Shown in pieces: positions 44,661 through 52,446 of a stretch of DNA of 64,000 nt. The notes below the pieces were generated by a model. That model saw only the letters and a program-made list of their open reading frames with translations, ran no database searches and had not been told where the DNA came from. The DNA lies in NCBI GenBank assembly GCA_963803935.1, contig CAWDOZ010000133.1:37882-101881 (forward strand), read 5' to 3'. Within the stretch, counting starts at the first letter, position 1. Every line of letters begins with the position of its first letter. Origin of the DNA: an uncultured Fibrobacterota bacterium. GTDB taxonomy: Bacteria; Fibrobacterota; Chitinivibrionia; Chitinivibrionales; Chitinispirillaceae. The translations under genes and the position numbers were made by a program.

Positions 44661-44823
44661 CCTCTGCGAAAAGATCTTAAAAAAATCTTATATATGTTTA
44701 TTTGATGATACTCGGATTAAATCCTTTGCAAAATAAGTTCCCCCCCTTTATAAGGGGGGCGCCGAAGGCGGGGGGATTAGGATCGGAAATACAGCTGATT
44801 ATTTAGCTTTTCTTTGTAGTAAT

Positions 44824-45050
44824 GTGTTTTCTACCTAATGTGAGCGTTGCGGGAGGGGAAGGGCGTTTGCCAAAGGCAAACATCGCCTTCCCCTTCCGCA
44901 GGAAGGGGTGAGCCAAAGACCCCGCAGCCCGGCTTTGCGGGCGCGGAGGCTTTGGCCAGGGGCTGGCACAATTAAAACTAATAATAATCCGTCCATTTTC
45001 CCTTTTGGGGAAAATGGATAACCGCCGCAGGCGGTTCCCCCACCAAAAGA
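44824..45050 (+). repeat. mosaic hairpin repeat, full head-to-tail copy
   Basis: The head is GTGTTTTCTACCTAATGTGAGCGTTGCGGGAG. It is followed by the nested hairpin GGGGAAGGGCGTTTGCC-aaa-GGCAAACATCGCCTTCCCC, then CCGCAGGAAGGGGTG. Next comes GCCAAAGACCCCGCAGCCCGG-cttt-GCGGGCGCGGAGGCTTTGGC. GGCTGGCACAATTAAAA..TCCGTCCATTTTCCC-tttt-GGGGAAAATGG follows, then ATAACCGCC-gca-GGCGGTTCCCCC. The tail is ACCAAAAG. Confidence 0.8.
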
Positions 45051-45085
45051 AACTATAATTCGATCAAGGAGTATTATAATTCTAA

Positions 45086-46054
45086 ATGAATTATTTCCGC
45101 ACCGCTGAATCATTGTCCGAATCCGCCATATCCGGCACCATTACCGAACCGGATTTTGACATTATAATCAATTGGCCGATTGACGAACTTCCCGTTCTCT
45201 TCGCCGCCGCCGACCGGGTACGCCGCCATTTTTTCGGCAACGGCGTCGATCCCTGCACGCTCACCAATATCAAGTCGGGCGCCTGCTCGGAAGATTGCGC
45301 TTTCTGCTCCCAATCGGCGCGCCATGTAACCGGTGTCGCAGTTACCCCTCTTGCTCCGGCAAGCGAGATCCGCGAACGTGCCGCGCACGCCGCAGCAAAC
45401 AACCTGCCGTTCTGCGTGGTGTCCAGCGGCAGACGGCTGAGCCACACCGAGGTCGGGATGATCGCCGATGCCATTGCACCATGTTCCTGCGAAAAACATG
45501 CATCGCTCGGGATCCTCGATCCGGAGGACTTTGCCCTGCTCAGGCAGGCGGGGGTGGTCTGCTACAACCACAATATCGAAACGTGCCGGGAATTTTTTCC
45601 TTCAATCGTGACAACGCATTCCTATGCCGACCGGGTAGCAACGGTCAAGGCGGCGAAGGCCGCGGGTATGCGGGTGTGCTGCGGGGGCATCTTCGGTCTT
45701 GGCGAAACCTGGGAGCACCGCAAGCAAATGTGCCTGGAGCTTAAGGCTCTCGATGTGGATACGGTCCCTATCAATTTTCTCATCGCAATCAAAGGAACCC
45801 GTGCATCAGCGCCAATCGAATCGCCGATCGAATTTCTCAAAATCATCTCGCTGTTCCGGCTTGGTCTGCCCTCAAAAACCATCAAGGTGTGCGGCGGCCG
45901 TGAGGCCGATCTCGGTGCGCTGCAGGGAATGATCTTCTTTGCCGGGGCGAACGGCTATGTGACCGGCGGCTATCTGACGACGCCGGGAGCCGGGATTGAG
46001 AAGGATGACGGGATGATACGAGGATTGGGACTTACCAGAAAAAGATCTGCATAA
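45086..46054 (+). CDS. bioB: biotin synthase (radical SAM)
   Basis: It reads NIKSGACSEDCAFCSQS (the CxxxCxxC cluster in the BioB context) ... VCYNHNIET ... VCCGGIFGLGE ... INFL..I.GT. Confidence 0.92.
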   Translation: MNYFRTAESLSESAISGTITEPDFDIIINWPIDELPVLFAAADRVRRHFFGNGVDPCTLTNIKSGACSEDCAFCSQSARHVTGVAVTPLAPASEIRERAAHAAANNLPFCVVSSGRRLSHTEVGMIADAIAPCSCEKHASLGILDPEDFALLRQAGVVCYNHNIETCREFFPSIVTTHSYADRVATVKAAKAAGMRVCCGGIFGLGETWEHRKQMCLELKALDVDTVPINFLIAIKGTRASAPIESPIEFLKIISLFRLGLPSKTIKVCGGREADLGALQGMIFFAGANGYVTGGYLTTPGAGIEKDDGMIRGLGLTRKRSA

Positions 46055-46055
46055 T

Positions 46056-46674
46056 TCAATCACTGAATTCAACATGCTCAATGTTTATACTCCCGCTCCA
46101 CACCTCAAACCGCTCCCAGAACCGCTCCCGCGAACCATGGTCGAGGATCGAATAAACCACCGGCTCCGCAAACCCGGCAAATTGCCGGGCAAAAGCCGCT
46201 TTCTGCTTCTGCCGTTCATTATGTGTCAGCTTGTCGGCCTTGGAAAGAATCGGCAGAACCGGGATGCCGGTTTTCCTCAGCCAGGCATAGGCTTCGAGGT
46301 CCATTTTTACGCCGATATGCCGCATATCAACCAGCCAGACGATACCCTTCAGGTTTTCGCGCTTCTCGCAGTAGTCAAGGATGAGCGACGACCAGCGCTC
46401 CCGCTCCCCTCCTCCGGTCCGCGCGTAGCCGTAGCCGGGCAGGTCGGCCCAGAAAACCGAATCGGTAATCTTGAACAGGTTGATGCAGATGGTCGTCCCC
46501 GGCCGCTTTGATGTGCGGGCCAGGCGGTGGTCTGCGCACACATGGTTGAGAAATGAGGACTTTCCCACGTTCGACCGTCCGAAGAATGGCAAATTCGAAG
46601 CCTTCGGGCAGCGGCAGTTCGGAGAATTTTCCCGAAGAGGAAAGAAACGTGGCGGTACCGAATATCTGGTTCAT
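46056..46674 (-). CDS. engB: ribosome-biogenesis GTPase EngB/YsxC/YihA, with the frame interrupted near 46587
   Basis: ORF 46056..46592 begins at FFGRSNVGKSSFLN (G1) and continues through DLPGYGY (G3) and SKADK (G4). The missing N-terminus (MNQIFGTATFLSSSGKFSELPLPEGFEFA) is in the adjacent frame from ATG 46674. Removing 1 nt near 46587 joins them as ...PEGFEFAFFGRSNVGKSS. Confidence 0.82.
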
Positions 46675-46745
46675 GAGGAGCCTTTAATGGGTGTTTAGCT
46701 TTTTGTAATGGAGATACCACTGGATTGCAGTATCATGCCGGGTTG

Positions 46746-47063
46746 TTAATTTATCGGATGAAAATTCGCATAGGTAGCATCCGATTCTTCAAGGTCGGAA
46801 AGTCTGGCGCCGGTACTGTTTGCTTCTATTTTAGCCCAATGGTCTCTAACCGACACATTTTCATGCGCGAGCACCTTCGACGCATCCGACTTCCATTCAA
46901 ATATTTCCACGATAATGCCGTTTCCGGAGGCGAGGACAATGGGCGGTCTATCGGTAATCAGATTTTCGCGTAATAATATCCCCGAATGTTCCATTATAAT
47001 TTGTTTCAGGGCATTTTCCTTACCCATCTTCGGCTTGTAGCATGCAATGGCAACGATACCCAT
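46746..47063 (-). CDS. hypothetical small protein
   Basis: The start is taken at ATG (MGIVAIACYKPK), 7 nt after GAGGAGG. The protein is about 105 aa and I recognise no family. Confidence 0.5.
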   Translation of the reverse strand: MGIVAIACYKPKMGKENALKQIIMEHSGILLRENLITDRPPIVLASGNGIIVEIFEWKSDASKVLAHENVSVRDHWAKIEANSTGARLSDLEESDATYANFHPIN

Positions 47064-47276
47064 TGTCGACCTCCTCAGGGAATACAATCAATTCCATTAT
47101 CTCTGAACCTCGGCCGAAATATACTTTTCGAACGCCTCCCTGCATCCTGATTTCGCCCGCTCCCCTGCCTGGAATCATTTGCGTCGATATTATATCGCCA
47201 GGCAGGACGGGTGGATCCCCGAAGATACCCCTGCTGAATAGTATTTTCCAGAATAATTTCATAAAAAAGGATTGTC

Positions 47277-48290
47277 ATGAACATAAAGGAAGCAATAAAA
47301 GCCGTTATTGCCGGGGAAGATCTCTCCGTCGAAAAGTCAAGGGCTGTCTTTACCGATATCATGAGCGGCAACGCCACCGACGCGCAGATTGCCGCCTTCA
47401 TTGTGGCCCTGCGCATTAAAGGTGAAACCGTAGACGAAATTACCGGTGCAGCCGAGGTCATGCGCGAGAAGGCCACATCGGTGATTCCGGAGACCGGCAC
47501 GCACCTTGTCGATACGTGCGGCACCGGCGGTGACGGGTCAAACACGTTCAACATCTCGACTGCCGCTGCCTTCGTCGCTGCAGGCGCAGGCGCGACCGTG
47601 GCCAAGCACGGCAACCGCGCAGCATCGAGCAGGAGCGGCAGCGCCGATGTACTCGAAGAGCTCGGCATCACAATATCCCTGCCTCCGGAAACGTTGAAAA
47701 CATGCCTTGAGACAATAGGCATTGCCTTTCTCTTTGCGCCTGCCCTGCACGGGGCAATGAAATATGCCATCGGTCCGCGCCGCGAAATAGGGGTCCGGAC
47801 CATCTTTAACATACTCGGGCCTCTCGCAAACCCTGCCCTGGCTCCGCACCAGCTCCTTGGTGTTTTTTCAAACCATCTCACGGGAACCCTGGCCTCGGTA
47901 CTGAACAATATGGGCACTCGGCGTGCATTCGTCGTCTGTGGCGACAACTGCCTCGATGAAATTGCCCTCTCCGGCCCGACCTCGGTCGCCGAGGTCAATC
48001 TCGGCACAGTTTCCGCCTATACCATCGTTCCGGAGCAGTTCGGTTTCAAACGCTTTCCCCTCGATGAAATCCAAGGTGGCACTCCGGCGGAGAATGCCGA
48101 TATAATCCGGAAAATTTTTGCCGGTCAATCGGGACCCTGCCGGGATATTGTGGTGCTCAACGCGGCATTCGCGCTTCTTGCAGCCGGCATCGCGGCGGAC
48201 CCGATGGAGGGTATCAGGGCTGCGGCAGAATCCATCGACTCCGGGGCAGCCCTGGGGAAATTGGAAGCGTTGGCGAGTCTGCGGGATTAA
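47277..48290 (+). CDS. trpD: anthranilate phosphoribosyltransferase
   Basis: It reads AQIAAFIVALRIKGET.DEI.GAA ... VDTCGTGGDGSNTFNISTAAAFVAAGAG..VAKHGNRA.SS.SGSADVLE ... NILGPL.NP. Confidence 0.93.
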   Translation: MNIKEAIKAVIAGEDLSVEKSRAVFTDIMSGNATDAQIAAFIVALRIKGETVDEITGAAEVMREKATSVIPETGTHLVDTCGTGGDGSNTFNISTAAAFVAAGAGATVAKHGNRAASSRSGSADVLEELGITISLPPETLKTCLETIGIAFLFAPALHGAMKYAIGPRREIGVRTIFNILGPLANPALAPHQLLGVFSNHLTGTLASVLNNMGTRRAFVVCGDNCLDEIALSGPTSVAEVNLGTVSAYTIVPEQFGFKRFPLDEIQGGTPAENADIIRKIFAGQSGPCRDIVVLNAAFALLAAGIAADPMEGIRAAAESIDSGAALGKLEALASLRD

Positions 48291-48327
48291 CCCTGCTTTT
48301 CTGTGGTCCAAATGCCTTTTTGGTGAG

Positions 48328-48354
48328 GGAGCCGCGCAAAGCCGCGTCTCCGAC
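48328..48354 (-). repeat. single mosaic-repeat hairpin module
   Basis: GGAGCCGCGC-aaagc-CGCGTCTCCGAC is the reverse complement of the GTCGGAGACGCG-gcttt-GCGCGGCTCC module seen at 34.56 and 52.03 kb. It lies in the trpD-kinase spacer. Confidence 0.55.
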
Positions 48355-48406
48355 CTATCCCTCCGTGATATTCCCTGATTGCTCTCACCATTGTATAATA
48401 ATTACT

Positions 48407-51227
48407 ATGCGCATCATGAACGACAACGCGACCGGCTTTGAGAAAAAGGCAACGTTGTTATCGGGTTTGCTCGATTCCATTCCGGACCTGGTCTTTTTCA
48501 AGGATCGATTCGGCAATTATATCGGGTGCAATGCGGCATTTGAATCGTATATCGGGCTTACCTGCAACGAGCTGGTCGGCAAAACCGATTTTGATCTGGT
48601 CTCACCCGAATTGGCAGCAAGATTTGAGCAAAACGATCATCTGGTCATGTCAAAAGGCATCCCCCGGCACTTCGAGCAGGCTCTCTCGTATGCCAATGGG
48701 CGACAGGCATTTGTTGAAACATCCCTTTCTCCTCTTAAAGCCGAGGCTGGAGAGATAATTGGTTTAATCGGCGTCTGCCGCGATATTACCGATCGCAAGA
48801 ACGCGGAGCAATCGCTTCGTGCGAATGAGGAAAAACTGGATCTGGCCATTAAATCGGCGCAGTTGGGCATCTTTCACATCGATTTTAATGAACATCGGCG
48901 CTATTACGATAAGCAGGTTTGCCGGATGCTGGGATTAAGCCCTGAAGATTTCGGCGGGACCGAGGAGGAGTTGTTCAGGCTTCTCCACCCGGAAGATCGT
49001 TCGATAATCACGACGGCATTGCAGCGGACGGTCGAGGAAAATGTACCGTACGCGCCGGATTTCCGCATAATCCGCCCCGACGGAAGCCTGCACTTTCTGT
49101 CCGTCAGAGGCAGGCTCCAGCGCGATAACGAGGGCAAACCGCTGCAGCTCATCGGGGTTGCCTGGGAAACGACGCAGCAGCGGCAGGCTGAGCAGGCGCT
49201 GCAGGAGCGCGAGGAACTTTACCGGGCGCTGGCCGAAGCTTCGCAGGATTTCATTTTCCTCATCGATCGCAGCATGACCATAAAATATGTCAACAAATCG
49301 GCGGCATGTGCCTTCGGCAGCACACCTGAATCCATGATCGGGCGCGAAATGGGAGCGTTTTTCCCGCCGGAACGTCTTGAAAATCAAACGAATGCAATCA
49401 ATCGCGTTTTTTCGGAGGGACAGGAACGGTCGAGCGAATCGCAGATACTGTTGCCGGGAAAAAGTCTGTGGATCCATACACTGCTGGTGCCGATACGCGA
49501 CAAAACGGGCCGGATCTATGCGGTGCAGGGGGTCGCCCGCGATATAACGGAGCGCAAGCGCGCCGAACAGGAATTGATCGAAGCCAACCGGCTCTTGCAG
49601 GAACAGACCGCACGCGCCAATGAAATGGCGGTCAAGGCAGAAGCCGCCAATGCCGCGAAAAGTGAATTCCTGGCAAACATGAGCCATGAGATCCGCACTC
49701 CCATGAACGGGATCATCGGCATGACCGACTTGCTTCTCGATAGTAGCCTTGATGAAGAGCAGCGTCGCTATGCCCGGGTTGTCCAGAGCAGCGGCGAAAA
49801 CCTGTTAAACCTCCTGAACGACATTCTTGACATATCAAAAATCGAAGCGGGCAGGCTTGAGATCGAACAGCTGAATTTCAACCTTCACGTCATGATGGAT
49901 GATTTCCTGCAACCGATGCAATTCCTTGCGGAAAAAAAAGGCTTGAAATTGATCGGCAGCCTCGATCCCGCGGTTCCTTTGATCCTGAAGGGCGATCCGG
50001 GAAGGCTGCGCCAGATTCTGGTGAACCTGACCGGCAATGCCGTAAAATTCACCGAAAAGGGAGAGGTGGAGGTCGACTGCCGGCTTGAGGAAGACACGGC
50101 AGACTCCTGCATGATGCGTTTCTCGGTCCGGGATACCGGCATAGGCATTCCCGACAACAGGAAGCACCTCTTATTCAACCATTTTTCACAGATTGACGGA
50201 AGCGTCACCCGCAAATTCGGCGGAACCGGCCTGGGCCTGGTCATATCAAAGCAACTCGCCGGGATGATGGGGAGTAAGATCGGCTTCCGAAGCGAGGAAG
50301 GCGTGGGCTCCACCTTCTGGTTTACCGTGCGCCTGGCAAAGCCGCCTGCGGAAACATTCGTCAATGCGGCGGTAATCCCCTGCCTTGCCGACCTGCGGGG
50401 AGTGCGGATCCTCATGGTCGACGACAACGCCGCCAACCGGCAGATTTTAACCAAACAACTTGAGACCTGGGAAATGCGCGTATTCGAATGCAGTGACGGC
50501 CCTGATGCCTTTATTGCGCTTGGCGATGCCGTGGAAGCCGGGGATCCGTTCAGAATCGCTGTTATCGATATGCAGATGCCGGGAATTAGCGGCGACGTCC
50601 TCGGGCAGATGATCAAGGCGGATCGCCGATTCGCCGGAGTAAAGCTGATTATGATGACCTCGACCGGCATGCGGGGCGATGCGCGGCTATCCCGGGAATT
50701 CGGGTTTTCCGCCTACCTGATGAAACCGGTTAACCCGAATTTGCTTGCCGATGCGCTCTGCATGGTGCTATTGGAGAAGGACGCCGGAAACGGTACCAGG
50801 CCGACCATAACGCGGCACCTGATCCGGGAATCCGAACAGTCCCGCGTCAGGATCCTCCTTGCCGAGGATAATGCGACCAACCAGCAGGTAGCTCTCAGCA
50901 TGTTCCGGAAATTGGGGTTCCCCGCCGGTCGATCTTGTGGAAAACGGCGAAGAAGCGCTCGCTGTACTGTCGCAGAAGACCTATTCTATGATTTTCATGG
51001 ATGTGCAGATGCCGGAAATGGATGGTTTGCAAACAACGAAATGCATCCGCGACGTTTCTTCTGCGGCAATACAACATGACATCCCCATTATCGCGATGAC
51101 CGCCCATGCCATGCAGGGAGACCGGGAAATGTGCCTGGCCGCGGGCATGAACGACTATATCACCAAACCCATTGCCATGAAGACACTTGCCGAAGCGGTT
51201 GACCGATGGAGCAACCGGGAGTTGTAG
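48407..51227 (+). CDS. hybrid sensor histidine kinase (3 PAS, HisKA, HATPase_c, 2 REC), with the frame interrupted near 50927
   Basis: It has three PAS units, each ending in ..RDITERK. The H-box is [16 protein letters not shown] and the G-boxes are DTGIGI and GGTGLGL. REC1 reads [12 protein letters not shown]...DMQMPG...KP. REC2 starts [13 protein letters not shown] in ORF 48320..51079 and continues in ORF 50937..51227 ([11 protein letters not shown]...[10 protein letters not shown]...TKP). Removing one G at 50927-28 joins them. The start is taken at MRIMNDN. Confidence 0.85.
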
Positions 51228-51405
51228 GGGCGGGCAATCGATCGGCCGGCGACCTCTCGGTTTCAAATTGCGCGATTCCAGCTTGTTTATGCTACTTCCA
51301 TTAACTATATCAGCTATGGATAATCAGGTCCCGGTGAGCTTATAAGACCCGACAAACAGCAGGTTGTGTGAGTATTAAATTTCTGCTCTGGTTCAACCAT
51401 TTGGC

Positions 51406-51834
51406 ATGAACAAAACAGTCCTTAAAATTCTTCTTATCCTCATTGCCATCGCAATTCTCATCCAGCTCTATCCGGTCAACCGCAAAAATCCACCGGTGAC
51501 GCAGGATATCGGCGCTCCGCCTGCCGTTGCCGCGATCCTGCGCACCTCATGCTACGATTGCCACTCTAATGAAACCCGCTGGCCGGTCTATAGCTTTATA
51601 GCTCCGGCTTCCTGGCTCGTTGCCGGCGATGTGAAAAAAGGGAGGAAATTCATGAATTTTTCCCGGTGGGATACCTATTCGAAGGGCATGCAGAACACGT
51701 TGCGCGGTCGTTGTTTCGCCCTCGCAGCGGCAAACCTGATGCCGCTGCCGAACTATCTCCTGATCCACCGCGATGCCCGGCTCGATTCGGCCAAGCTGGA
51801 GGCACTGCGTGTCTGGAGTAGTTCGCTGGAATAA
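51406..51834 (+). CDS. membrane-anchored heme-binding domain protein
   Basis: It has an N-terminal TM segment (LKILLILIAIAILIQLY). The segment CYDCHSNETRWPVYSFIAPASWLVAGDV..G...NFS.W is characteristic of the Haem_bd family. Confidence 0.7.
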   Translation: MNKTVLKILLILIAIAILIQLYPVNRKNPPVTQDIGAPPAVAAILRTSCYDCHSNETRWPVYSFIAPASWLVAGDVKKGRKFMNFSRWDTYSKGMQNTLRGRCFALAAANLMPLPNYLLIHRDARLDSAKLEALRVWSSSLE

Positions 51835-51885
51835 TTAAGTTTTAGAGTTTTTTTTCTAAAGGATTCTTTTTTTATTTCTTTTGAT

Positions 51886-52155
51886 GTGTTTTCTACCTGA
51901 TGTGAGCATTGCGGGAGTGGGCGAGCGTCTGCCGAATGGTTTGGATTTTTTATGCTTTTATTAGACCTCCCCTTGTGGGAGAGGTCCGGCCGCTTTGGGC
52001 CGGGGTGAGGTCACTTCCGCAGGAGGGGTGTGTCGGAGACGTGGCTTTGCGCGGCTCCGACCAGGGGCTGGTGCAATTAAAAATATTAATACTCCGTCCA
52101 TTTTGCCTGTGGGCAAAATGGGAAACCCGCGAAGCGAGGTTCCCCCACCAAAGGC
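51886..52155 (+). repeat. mosaic hairpin repeat, full head-to-tail copy
   Basis: The head is GTGTTTTCTACCTGATGTGAGCATTGCGGGAG. It is followed by GACCTCCCC-ttgt-GGGAGAGGTC and GGCCG-cttt-GGGCCGG hairpins, then CCGCAGGAGGGGTG. Next comes GTCGGAGACGTG-gcttt-GCGCGGCTCCGAC. GGCTGGTGCAATTAAAA..TCCGTCCATTTTGCC-tgtg-GGCAAAATGG follows, then GAAACCCGCG-aag-CGAGGTTCCCCC. The tail is ACCAAAGGC. Confidence 0.8.
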
Positions 52156-52161
52156 TTATAT

Positions 52162-52446
52162 CTACCGCTTGAGCATTATTATTAATCCCAGCACGCTCAA
52201 TCCGAGAATGACCAGCGCCGTAAGGTAGACCCACAACTTGACAGGTGGACGTGGCGGGACTTCTCCGAACTCTTCCTGCCGCAGCTCCTCGTAGGAGAAA
52301 TCGCTGTCGCCGAGATCAATGCCGTCGAGATGGCGGTTTGCGGACCAACCCGTGTCGTCATCGGAACCGCAATGAAGGCATGCACGAGCTCCCCTCTTAA
52401 TTTCCTCGCCACAGTGGGGACAGACATCCCATTCAGTTGGTTTCAT
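52162..52446 (-). CDS. zinc-ribbon protein with a C-terminal transmembrane helix
   Basis: It has CPHCGEEI...CLHCG (two CxxC pairs), an acidic linker and a C-terminal TM (LWVYLTALVILGLSVLGLIIML). Its ATG overlaps the upstream kinase stop (ATGA). Confidence 0.6.
   Translation of the reverse strand: MKPTEWDVCPHCGEEIKRGARACLHCGSDDDTGWSANRHLDGIDLGDSDFSYEELRQEEFGEVPPRPPVKLWVYLTALVILGLSVLGLIIMLKR

Noticed and set aside
47164-47206. A 9-bp stem (CCTGCCTGG ... CCAGGCAGG) with a 25-nt loop upstream of trpD as a Trp attenuator or T-box.
   Set aside because: There is no leader peptide with Trp codons, no T-box specifier or antiterminator features and no following T tract. It lies in a divergent promoter region, so a regulatory role cannot be supported from sequence alone.
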